Below are positions 26,769 through 34,933 of a DNA stretch of 51,731 bases, in pieces. This stretch comes from a virus. Every line of letters starts with the position of its first letter. The first letter of the stretch is position 1. The translations under genes were made by a program, and so were the position numbers. The stretch lies in IMG/VR virus record IMGVR_UViG_3300045988_035990, one strand, 5' to 3'. The notes under the pieces are model-generated. The model did no database searches, was not told where the DNA came from, and saw nothing but the letters and a program-made list of their open reading frames with translations.

Positions 26769-27004
26769 TTTGCATTTGGGTTTTTGCGATTTGTTTTCTT
26801 GCGTTGAATCACCCCACGGCGGATGATTACCTTATTGTTGCGGTATGGCTTTTGTTCCGTGATGCCATAATTCCACAACCTTGAAGCAGACACGCCAAGT
26901 TCATGCGGCGTGAAATGGTCATATATGGCGGCGATTGAACCGAAATAATGGTTGTCATCGTCACCGAATGAAACATGATAAATCGTTTGTCCGTACATTG
27001 TCAT
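26765..27004 (-). CDS. hypothetical protein (orphan cassette gene 7)
   Basis: MTMYGQTIYHVSFGDDDNHYFGSIAAIY. ATGA overlap with the upstream stop codon. Confidence 0.55.
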   Translation of the reverse strand: MTMYGQTIYHVSFGDDDNHYFGSIAAIYDHFTPHELGVSASRLWNYGITEQKPYRNNKVIIRRGVIQRKKTNRKNPNAK

Positions 27005-27465
27005 TTGTTTAATAAGCCTTTGTATTCGCACGAATCACCAACAGGACAACCAACGCATCTTGCTTTTGTCGTATTTGACAAATGTTTCTTTGGGCAAATG
27101 GCATTCCCCAATGAATCATATTGGAACAAGTTTTGCAAAGGTATTCCCAATTGAAACCCGAAAATGCGAATCAAGTCACACACGTTTGAAATATATCCAT
27201 TGAACACCGTTTCCCATTCCCAATATGGCGCGGGGAACATATCAACATGAATCGGAATGCCATATTCGTTTGGAAAATGGACAATAAGGCGAAACGCGGC
27301 ACGTTCGGCATCGCCGTTCGGCTTTGTTAGTTCAATTAGTTGGTCGGATGATGTTTCCCAATACCCGACATGAATTGCACGCCCTTTGTATGCAAAATCC
27401 GGGCAATGTTTTTCTAAAAACAAAGCTATTTGAGAGCGCAATGAATTGTTTGCTTCAACATCCAT
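27001..27465 (-). CDS. hypothetical protein (orphan cassette gene 6, C-terminal Cys cluster)
   Basis: 154 aa with CPKK...CVGCPVGDSC. Confidence 0.55.
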   Translation of the reverse strand: MDVEANNSLRSQIALFLEKHCPDFAYKGRAIHVGYWETSSDQLIELTKPNGDAERAAFRLIVHFPNEYGIPIHVDMFPAPYWEWETVFNGYISNVCDLIRIFGFQLGIPLQNLFQYDSLGNAICPKKHLSNTTKARCVGCPVGDSCEYKGLLNK

Positions 27466-27477
27466 ATTATGTAATAT

Positions 27478-27819
27478 TTATATTTTACAATAATAACCCC
27501 TATATTTGAAAGCCTTTATCAATTCGTCAAGTTTAACGATACGGAAAGCACCGGATAAAGTTTCCTTCAAGGAACGTCCAACGATTTCATACGGTATATA
27601 CCCGGTTTCAATGTCAAGTGTTATTTCAACGATGTTGTTGTCATCAACGGCGCATATATAACCGCGTTTGTCGCATGGCGTAAACAAAAATCTTATTCGT
27701 TCCTTGTAACTACAATCCGGATATGACCATGAATCAACAACGCTTATATTCTTGACAACAAGATGGTCGCCATACGTCTTTTCCGGGGCGTTGATGCTTT
27801 TAATTTCGCAATATGCCAT
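27478..27819 (-). CDS. hypothetical protein (orphan cassette gene 5)
   Basis: 113 aa. Confidence 0.55.
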   Translation of the reverse strand: MAYCEIKSINAPEKTYGDHLVVKNISVVDSWSYPDCSYKERIRFLFTPCDKRGYICAVDDNNIVEITLDIETGYIPYEIVGRSLKETLSGAFRIVKLDELIKAFKYRGYYCKI

Positions 27820-27820
27820 A

Positions 27821-28402
27821 TTATTTATTTCTTATTGTTGAACCCGTGAAATCAAACCATTCGCGCGGTGAAGCGGTCGCCGCCTTTTTGACCTTGCGAT
27901 AAAAGCCTTTGTCCAGCTTGCGCAAACGACCCAACACATCGTGCGGTTGCCAACGGAAATCCGGCATCACCGGGTTGTTGGCGGAATAGATGCCGCCTTG
28001 CTTTGGTTCAAAGTGACCGAACGCCACAATCAACCCATCCTTGATGAACACCGTTTCCCGGATGCTTTTGTTGCCCTTGTGCGGCATCGTGACGTGGCGG
28101 CATCCATTGTAATATTCAACAATCCGGCGTTGCGTTTCCATTTGTTCCTTGACCTTATCCGCGCGCGTCTTGCGAAGCGCAAGAAGATTCACGGCGACAT
28201 CATGCCGGATGTGTGCAACATTGATTGGAGCATCCCCGGTTGCAACGGCGAATGGCAATGTGCCATCCACGAACATTTTCACGGCACGGGCAAAGTTTTC
28301 CTTGTCCGTTACTTTGTCGTGCAGTTGTTGCACGAAATCAACATCCAAGTCGTAGCGGCTTGCGATGGATTCAATTTCTTGTCTTTTATCCATGATTTCC
28401 AT
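27821..28402 (-). CDS. hypothetical protein (orphan cassette gene 4)
   Basis: 193 aa. Confidence 0.6.
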   Translation of the reverse strand: MEIMDKRQEIESIASRYDLDVDFVQQLHDKVTDKENFARAVKMFVDGTLPFAVATGDAPINVAHIRHDVAVNLLALRKTRADKVKEQMETQRRIVEYYNGCRHVTMPHKGNKSIRETVFIKDGLIVAFGHFEPKQGGIYSANNPVMPDFRWQPHDVLGRLRKLDKGFYRKVKKAATASPREWFDFTGSTIRNK

Positions 28403-28613
28403 TTTTTATTTGTTCTAATTCAACATACGTTGTCAATCCGCGTTCAACCCAGCTTTTCAACACGTCATCCAACGTTTCTTTTGTGCGGTTTCGATTGATG
28501 TAGTCCGGGCAATATGAATCATCTTTTGTTCCAACATCTTGCATGAAACAATGATTCCATTTGTACCAAAAGCAGTTCTTACAATATCCGTGATTCATGT
28601 TACCATATTTCAA
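28386..28613 (-). CDS. small Cys-rich protein (orphan cassette gene 3)
   Basis: 75 aa with CKNC...C...C. Confidence 0.5.
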   Translation of the reverse strand: MKYGNMNHGYCKNCFWYKWNHCFMQDVGTKDDSYCPDYINRNRTKETLDDVLKSWVERGLTTYVELEQIKNGNHG

Positions 28614-28965
28614 TGGGTTTTGGATATTTGCGCGCCTTTGTAATGGAAACGGCGCGATTCAAAGCCCGGTTAAACGATTCGTAATATCCGAACACCCATT
28701 GTTGTTGTGGATGTCCCTTGGTGAAGATTGGGCAACCATCGGCATCAACCGGACATCCGGGATTGTTGATGTACACCATGAATTTGCCATCGGTTGCGAT
28801 GATGGCAACCCATTCCAGCTTGTCAACGTAAGCAGAACCGCCAAAGTCCGTGCATTGTCCATCGTATGCGACCAATTCATGTTCAAACGTGGTAACGCCA
28901 GGCATACCCTTAAAAGCAGCCTTGAACGCCATACAACGCGGCGTGTAATAACTTGATTTTGCCAT
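28600..28965 (-). CDS. hypothetical protein (orphan cassette gene 2)
   Basis: The start MAKSSYY at 28965 follows the upstream stop codon. The ORF track extends to 29016. Confidence 0.55.
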   Translation of the reverse strand: MAKSSYYTPRCMAFKAAFKGMPGVTTFEHELVAYDGQCTDFGGSAYVDKLEWVAIIATDGKFMVYINNPGCPVDADGCPIFTKGHPQQQWVFGYYESFNRALNRAVSITKARKYPKPIEIW

Positions 28966-28966
28966 A

Positions 28967-29347
28967 TCACTTGTTGTTGATGATTGCCAATACCTTTTCG
29001 TAAATGTCCAAATCAAGGTCGGATGTTACCGATTCGATTTCGTAGTCATAAGGGATGCCCGTTGTTCCGATTTGTCCGGCGGGGTTAAGGGTCAAGCAGA
29101 TGGCGGCGGCATCGGTCGCGTCCATTTCATCCTTGGCGTTGTTGAACTCAATGATGAAGAACTTGTTTGCGTCAACATCGCATCCGTAGTCATCGCGTTC
29201 ATCCTTGGGGATGAATCTTGAACGTGTGCGGACGTTGTAAGACTTGACCTTGAATTTCCATCCCTTGTCAAAAGTCACCATCTTGTTCATGTATTCAGAA
29301 TCAAGAACTTGTTTGATTGCCTGTTTTACTTGCTTTTCAGTTGCCAT
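28967..29347 (-). CDS. hypothetical protein (orphan cassette gene 1)
   Basis: 126 aa, preceded on the minus strand by the start-codon motif. Confidence 0.6.
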   Translation of the reverse strand: MATEKQVKQAIKQVLDSEYMNKMVTFDKGWKFKVKSYNVRTRSRFIPKDERDDYGCDVDANKFFIIEFNNAKDEMDATDAAAICLTLNPAGQIGTTGIPYDYEIESVTSDLDLDIYEKVLAIINNK

Positions 29348-29360
29348 ATTGTTGCGAAAG
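29345..29360 (-). promoter_or_regulatory. CTTTCGCAACAAT(AT)G start-codon motif, copy 6 (minus strand)
   Basis: The minus strand reads aaataaaactttcgcaacaatATG. Confidence 0.55.
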
Positions 29361-29384
29361 TTTTATTTGTTTACCCGTTCGGGT

Positions 29385-29415
29385 GTGTTCCATTATGAAA
29401 CACGCCACAAAGATA
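29385..29415 (-). promoter_or_regulatory. leftward -7 box TATCTTTG plus palindromic motif (copy e) downstream of it
   Basis: Plus-strand caaagata at 29408-29415 is TAtcTTTG on the minus strand. gtgttccattatgaaacac is at 29385-29403. Confidence 0.5.
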
Positions 29416-29513
29416 ATAGATTTATTTAATAAAACAAACTTTTTCACCGAAAAAAATGCACTTGCAATGCAAATTTGTTGATAAGTCGGGCATAACTTGT
29501 GGTTTTTTTCGGT

Positions 29514-29542
29514 GTGTTTCACTATAAAACACTTTATCTTTG
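29514..29542 (+). promoter_or_regulatory. palindromic motif (copy b, perfect arms) plus -7 box TATCTTTG
   Basis: gtgtttcactataaaacac at 29514-29532 and tatctttg at 29535-29542, upstream of the head genes. Confidence 0.6.
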
Positions 29543-29577
29543 CCACGATTTGATTTACTAAATAAAAATTTGTTCGT

Positions 29578-30267
29578 ATGAAGAAAACCATTTTGGCATT
29601 ACTTGTGGCGAAGTTCCAAGGCGTGCGAAAGGATGCGTTGGGCGTGCTGGCGGGCGTTCTTGCTTTACAGGCAACCAACGAGGATGAAGCGAAAGCCCTT
29701 GTTGAGAAAGTCACCGATGCGCAAGTGACGGAATTTGCAAAGGACTATCGCGCCGATGTGGACAAAGAGGTGTCCGAAAGTAACAAGACGTTTGAAACAA
29801 ACTTGCGCAAGAAGTACGATTTCAAGGAGAAGCAGAATGAACCCGGCATCCCGCCAACCGAGAATCCGAACGACATTGCCGCAATTGTCAAAGAAGCCGT
29901 GGCAGCAGCCGTGAAGCCCTTTGAAGAAAAATTGTCCGGTTACGAAACCAAGAACATTGCCGAAACAAGGCTTGCGGCACTCAATGAGAAGTTGAACGGA
30001 TGCAAGGATGAAACATTCAAGGCGCAAACCTTGAAAGATTTCGCCCGAATGTCATTCGCAACCGATGATGATTTCACGCAATACTTGAACGACAAGGCGG
30101 CGGACATCGAAACCGCAAATCAAAACGTGGCGAATGCCGCCCTTGGTGGCGCAAGCGGAAAGCCCATGTTCGCACAGAAGAACGAAGATGGTATTTCCAA
30201 AGGCGTTGCCGATTATGTGGCAAGCCTTAAACCCGAAAACAACGAGTTATCGGGCAAAGAAGTTTAA
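29578..30267 (+). CDS. scaffolding protein
   Basis: 229 aa, charged and helical, positioned before the capsid genes. Confidence 0.55.
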   Translation: MKKTILALLVAKFQGVRKDALGVLAGVLALQATNEDEAKALVEKVTDAQVTEFAKDYRADVDKEVSESNKTFETNLRKKYDFKEKQNEPGIPPTENPNDIAAIVKEAVAAAVKPFEEKLSGYETKNIAETRLAALNEKLNGCKDETFKAQTLKDFARMSFATDDDFTQYLNDKAADIETANQNVANAALGGASGKPMFAQKNEDGISKGVADYVASLKPENNELSGKEV

Positions 30268-30285
30268 CCCATTAAATTGCAAATT

Positions 30286-30852
30286 ATGTCGTTGACAATT
30301 AAAAGAGCAAAGGACAACCGCGTTGTCAAGTGCATTTTGCACCGAATCGCGGACATCCCCGGCGGCGTGACGGTATCAGTCGCCAACCTTGGCGGTTCGT
30401 CATTGTTTGAGGGAACGCCAATTGGCAAGGGCAAGAATGGCGCGTTTGAGGTATGCAAGACCGCACAGGTTATCACCGTAGCGGATGCAGCCGCCACGAC
30501 CTATGAGGTTGCGAAAGGTCATCATTTCAAGGTGGGCGACCGATTTGCGACCGCAGATTGCAATGGTCAGACCATCACCGCCATTGACAAGTCCAACCCA
30601 GCAAAGGACGTTATCACCGTAGGCACAACGCTTGGCGCAATTGTCAAGGTTGGAACTTGCGCGTTTGAATCAAGCGGCGCGAACAAGACCTTGAAAGTTG
30701 TTCCGTGCGCCATCGCTGGAAGCAACGAAGATGTGGAACAGGGAAGCAACCTTTTCGTTTCCGCTTGGGTTCACGCCGTTGTAAGAGAGAGCAACGCGCC
30801 AATCGTGAATGCCGAAATCAAGGCATCCATTGCGTGTGTTTCTTATGTTTAA
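30286..30852 (+). CDS. putative head decoration protein
   Basis: Lies between the scaffold and major capsid genes. The ORF track start at 30277 is TTG; the ATG is at 30286. Confidence 0.4.
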   Translation: MSLTIKRAKDNRVVKCILHRIADIPGGVTVSVANLGGSSLFEGTPIGKGKNGAFEVCKTAQVITVADAAATTYEVAKGHHFKVGDRFATADCNGQTITAIDKSNPAKDVITVGTTLGAIVKVGTCAFESSGANKTLKVVPCAIAGSNEDVEQGSNLFVSAWVHAVVRESNAPIVNAEIKASIACVSYV

Positions 30853-30871
30853 CCCTTAAAACGTATTCGAT

Positions 30872-31978
30872 ATGCAGAAATCGTTAATGGTTGGACTTAA
30901 TGAAAAGGACATGGGCGCGGTTATTCGTACCTATGACCTTAAAGATTATTATTATCCAACCCTTTTCCCACTCAAGGAAACCAATTTCTTGACGTGGAAG
31001 ATGCTGGAAGCACAATCGGGCTTGAAGATTGCCGCCGACCTTGTTAGTCGTGGCGCGACAATTCCACGCAAGACCCGTGAAGCCATTTCACGCATCCAAG
31101 GTGACATCCCCAAGATTACCATTTCGCGCGAGAAGAACGAGGATGAATTGACCGAATATGACATCATGGTTGCCATGTCGTCAAACAACCCCGACTTGAA
31201 AGCACTTGTGGAGTTTTGGGCGGAAGATACCAAGTTTTGTTGGGATGGCGTTGCCGCCCGTGCCGAATGGATTGCATTGAAGCAAATTTCACTTGGCAAG
31301 GTGACATTCACCAATTCAAACAACGCGGCAATCGTCACCGAATATGACGTTGATTATCTTATCCCGGCGAAGCAGAAAATCGGCGTTTCCGTTTCATATT
31401 CAACAGGCACAGGCGCAAAGCCTTTGACCGTGGACATTCCAAAAGCCTTGAAGTTGGGCAAGAAACTCTATGGCGCAACTTACAAGTTCCTTTTTATGAA
31501 CGTTGACACATTCGAGAAGTTCGCATCCCAAGAGGAAGTTTACAAGAAGTGTGCGTCATTCGTTCAGAACGTTGTTGGTTCACAGGATGCGCCCGACCTT
31601 GCAACGGTCAATGCGTACCTTGCCAAGAAGAAAGAACTTTATCGCGGTTTGCAAATCATCGTGATTGACCAAGACATCACGCTTGAACTTGCGGACGGTT
31701 CGCGCTTGACGGAAAATCCGTTTGAGGATGACGTGATGTTATTCAGCGAAAGCAAGGTTCTTGGCAACACTTATTGGAAGAAACCAATTGACGCAAAGGC
31801 AATGCCCGGAAGCGTAGCCGAAAAGGTTATGCACGGACATACGCTTGTCAAGAAGTATTCCAATGAATCGCCCGTTCAAGAGGTTACGGAGGGAATTGCG
31901 AACCTTTTCCCCGCGTGGAATCTTGCCGGACGTTCCGTGTTGATGCAGACCAACGCAACAAGTTGGAAGAAAAACTAA
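30872..31978 (+). CDS. major capsid protein (lambda gpE-like)
   Basis: 368 aa. Supported by position, and the N-terminus ...YYYPTLFPLKETNFLTWK resembles capsid protein E family members. Confidence 0.7.
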   Translation: MQKSLMVGLNEKDMGAVIRTYDLKDYYYPTLFPLKETNFLTWKMLEAQSGLKIAADLVSRGATIPRKTREAISRIQGDIPKITISREKNEDELTEYDIMVAMSSNNPDLKALVEFWAEDTKFCWDGVAARAEWIALKQISLGKVTFTNSNNAAIVTEYDVDYLIPAKQKIGVSVSYSTGTGAKPLTVDIPKALKLGKKLYGATYKFLFMNVDTFEKFASQEEVYKKCASFVQNVVGSQDAPDLATVNAYLAKKKELYRGLQIIVIDQDITLELADGSRLTENPFEDDVMLFSESKVLGNTYWKKPIDAKAMPGSVAEKVMHGHTLVKKYSNESPVQEVTEGIANLFPAWNLAGRSVLMQTNATSWKKN

Positions 31979-32034
31979 CATTCGCCGCCGGGCGTGCGCA
32001 TAACACCCCGGCGGCATAAAAGCAAGATGGAAAT

Positions 32035-32349
32035 ATGACAAACAAAGAATACTTGATTAAGTCGTTGAACGGCATGAACCTTTCGGATGATGACATTGAC
32101 ATCATCTTGGTAAAAGCTGGATTGGATGGCGATGCAGACCTTGACATCAAGGCGTGCGACACGGCGGTTTACAAACGCTTTTCGGTCATCCTCAAAGGCA
32201 CGATGCAGAATGTGAGCGAGGGCGGATATTCCGTTTCGTGGAACATTGATGCCATCAAGTTGTTTTACAACGCCCTTTGCAACGAACTTGGCAAGGAAAA
32301 TGTGCTTGTCAACCGTCCGAAGATTCGCAACCGTTCAAATATGTGGTGA
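32035..32349 (+). CDS. head-tail connector protein
   Basis: 104 aa, called by position. Confidence 0.45.
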   Translation: MTNKEYLIKSLNGMNLSDDDIDIILVKAGLDGDADLDIKACDTAVYKRFSVILKGTMQNVSEGGYSVSWNIDAIKLFYNALCNELGKENVLVNRPKIRNRSNMW

Positions 32350-32350
32350 T

Positions 32351-32686
32351 ATGGCAAAGATTGTTCAATACCCGCATTTCCTATTCATTGGGGAAACCCC
32401 GGATGCCGTACAGGATGAAAAGGGTTATTGGTCGGAAAGCGAATCATCGCGCAAGTTTCTTTCCCGATGCCGGGAAGAAAGCGATGGCAGAAGTACGGAA
32501 TACCAAGTTGCCGGGGGCAAGTCCTACAAGGCAACATCCGTCATTCAGTTGCCCAAGTCTTGCCCAAAGGTAAACAAGGGCGCACGCGTCATCATTGCAA
32601 ACGATATTGATTGTTCGGACATCCGCATTTCCGGAATATGCTTGAACTTTGATGCGGCACAATTACATTCACGATTATGGCTATAA
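32351..32686 (+). CDS. head closure / adaptor protein
   Basis: ATG at 32351 right after the upstream stop codon, called by position. Confidence 0.45.
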   Translation: MAKIVQYPHFLFIGETPDAVQDEKGYWSESESSRKFLSRCREESDGRSTEYQVAGGKSYKATSVIQLPKSCPKVNKGARVIIANDIDCSDIRISGICLNFDAAQLHSRLWL

Positions 32687-33144
32687 AACCGAATTTCACA
32701 AAAGACGATGTGCGCAAGCGATTCGATGCGTTCTTGAATGAGATTGAGAAAAAGCAGATTGCCCGGTTGCAAAGACTTGGCGAAATGTGCTTGGTCGAAG
32801 CAAGGACAAACAAGGGTTACATGATGCAGACGGGCGCGTTGCTTTCGTCAACGGGTTACGAAGTCTTTGTTGATGGCGTTGCCATCCATTCCCAATTCGA
32901 TGCGGCAAGCGGCGCGGAAAGCAATGCAGCCGAAACGGGCATCAAGTCCGGACAAAGCATCGCGGAAACCATCGGAAAGGGGACAAAGGGCATTGCCCTT
33001 GTGGTTGTAGCTGGAATGAATTATGCCGCCTATGTCGAAGCGAAAGGATATAACGTGTTGTCAAGCGCGGAACACCTTGCAGAACGGGAATTGCCCCGAA
33101 TGTTGGAGAAACTTATTTCAAACATCAAACGTGCGGCAGAATGA
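32677..33144 (+). CDS. head-tail joining protein (HK97 gp10-like)
   Basis: 155 aa, called by position. Confidence 0.45.
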   Translation: MAIKPNFTKDDVRKRFDAFLNEIEKKQIARLQRLGEMCLVEARTNKGYMMQTGALLSSTGYEVFVDGVAIHSQFDAASGAESNAAETGIKSGQSIAETIGKGTKGIALVVVAGMNYAAYVEAKGYNVLSSAEHLAERELPRMLEKLISNIKRAAE

Positions 33145-33542
33145 TAGATTCATTTGAAACAAACGAAATATTGATTGGGTTGTTGCGTGGCAAGACATCC
33201 GCCAAGGGCGGTTGTTACCATGAGGGCGACCGACCGGATAATTCAACGGAAGAAGATATTGTCGTGAACACGGTTGATTTGGCGATTGATACCACCCCGC
33301 AAATTGGTACATCGAACGTCAACATCTATGTGAGCGACACGCCGAAGAAGATAAAAGGCAAGATGATGTTGTCCGCTAATAACCCACGATTGAAAGCCTT
33401 GGCAAGAGAAGTCACGGCAATCATCCGTAATTCGCGGATTCACGGAATCAAAGCAATACCCGGCACGATGTCAATCATGAACGAGCCGAACACCAAGCAG
33501 CATTTCGCAAACATCCGCATTGATTGGAATATTCAAATTTAA
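33141..33542 (+). CDS. tail completion protein
   Basis: 133 aa, called by position. Confidence 0.4.
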   Translation: MIDSFETNEILIGLLRGKTSAKGGCYHEGDRPDNSTEEDIVVNTVDLAIDTTPQIGTSNVNIYVSDTPKKIKGKMMLSANNPRLKALAREVTAIIRNSRIHGIKAIPGTMSIMNEPNTKQHFANIRIDWNIQI

Positions 33543-33554
33543 TTTTTCATAATT

Positions 33555-34058
33555 ATGGCAGATAGAGCATCAGTAATAACACTTGGTTTGTGTGAAATCC
33601 AAGTTGGCGCGGCAAGCGCGGCGGGTACAATGCCCGCGCAGATGGCGAAGATTGGCAAGACTTACAAGGACACTTGCAAGATGAACCAAGATGCCGCCGA
33701 TGTTACCGAACATTACGAGGAGGGCAAAGCCGCCCCGGAGGTTCGCAAGAAGTCGCGCAAGATGCCGACCTTGACGTTTTCCATGATGGATGCCAATGTG
33801 GATGACCTTGTGTCATACGTTGGCGGCGCAAAGGTTGGTGAAGATGGATGGGGTTATGATGGTGACGAGGTTGTTGCCAACAAAGCCATCAAGGTTGTAA
33901 CCGAACAGGGACTTGACTTTGAGATTCCCAACGGCGACATTGAAGCGGTTATCAACGCGGATATGAGCGCAAAGGGAATTTTCCTTGTTGATTTTACCGT
34001 CACACCTTGCGCGGTTACGGCTGGCAAAGCCTTGCGCGGCGTTCCTAAAAAGGGGTAA
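33555..34058 (+). CDS. major tail (tube) protein
   Basis: 167 aa, followed by a strong terminator and the chaperone pair. Confidence 0.55.
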   Translation: MADRASVITLGLCEIQVGAASAAGTMPAQMAKIGKTYKDTCKMNQDAADVTEHYEEGKAAPEVRKKSRKMPTLTFSMMDANVDDLVSYVGGAKVGEDGWGYDGDEVVANKAIKVVTEQGLDFEIPNGDIEAVINADMSAKGIFLVDFTVTPCAVTAGKALRGVPKKG

Positions 34059-34091
34059 GGCGCGGGGCATCATAACTAACAAGAAAACCCG

Positions 34092-34139
34092 AAGTCCCCG
34101 GAGGTAACGAAAACGCCTTTGGGGACTTTTTATTTTTTA
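34092..34139 (+). terminator. rho-independent terminator after the major tail gene
   Basis: aagtcccc...ggggactt stem followed by tttattttttat. Confidence 0.7.
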
Positions 34140-34144
34140 TCAAC

Positions 34145-34708
34145 ATGAGCAGCGAAAAAGACGAAAAAACACTACTTGAACAGGAACGCCGGGAGTTGAA
34201 CACAATCATCGGCAAGGGCGTTTCCTTTGAGGTCAAGGACGTGGAATTTGAAACCAAGACGCGCTTTTGGGGGTTGTTCAAGAAACACATCCCGCATGAA
34301 GTCACGCGCAAGTTCACAATCCAAGAACCCACGTTGTCAACGCTTGACCGACTTTCGGCTGAATGGGTGGAATTTGCAATTGACGAACAGGAATTGCAGA
34401 AGCCCGAAAGCATGAAAGCGGCGCGCACATTGGCGCATTTCCACGCAAGACGCGCGGCAAAGGTCGTTGCCATCGCCGCATTGGGTGAAGAACGATTGAT
34501 TCCCAAGCCTTGCAAAGCTGGCACGATATGGGTTGAGGATGAAAAGAGATTGGAAGAATTGACGGACTTGTTCGCCCGGAAAATCAAGCCATCCCGATTG
34601 CATCAGCTTTACAACATCGTGAACACCATGAGCAACTTGGGGGATTTTGTGAACTCTATTCGATTGATGTCAATCGAAAGAACCACCGTGCCGAATCGGA
34701 TAGAGTAA
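34145..34708 (+). CDS. tail assembly chaperone (G-like)
   Basis: 187 aa, immediately upstream of the tape measure gene. Confidence 0.6.
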   Translation: MSSEKDEKTLLEQERRELNTIIGKGVSFEVKDVEFETKTRFWGLFKKHIPHEVTRKFTIQEPTLSTLDRLSAEWVEFAIDEQELQKPESMKAARTLAHFHARRAAKVVAIAALGEERLIPKPCKAGTIWVEDEKRLEELTDLFARKIKPSRLHQLYNIVNTMSNLGDFVNSIRLMSIERTTVPNRIE

Positions 34709-34929
34709 AGCAAAGCGGGCTAAATTCCCCGCTTGGTCGCCGGGGTGCGATATGTGAGCATTTCGGTTGGACATACGATTATTTGCTACATGGCATTGCG
34801 TGGTCGGTTGTGCAACGCATGATGATTGACGCGCCAAGTTACGACAACACGGATGGCGAGGTTGAGGAAATCACGTTGACGCAAGAAAATAGTGATACAA
34901 TTTTGAATTATGTAAATTCTTTAATGTAA
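34543..34929 (+). CDS. -1 frame extension of the tail chaperone (GT-like product)
   Basis: The -1 frame is open from 34543 to the stop codon at 34927-34929 and encodes ...HFGWTYDYLLHGIAWSVVQRMMIDAPSY. Confidence 0.45.
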   Translation, partial: KEIGRIDGLVRPENQAIPIASALQHREHHEQLGGFCELYSIDVNRKNHRAESDRVKQSGLNSPLGRRGAICEHFGWTYDYLLHGIAWSVVQRMMIDAPSYDNTDGEVEEITLTQENSDTILNYVNSLM

Positions 34930-34933
34930 AAAT

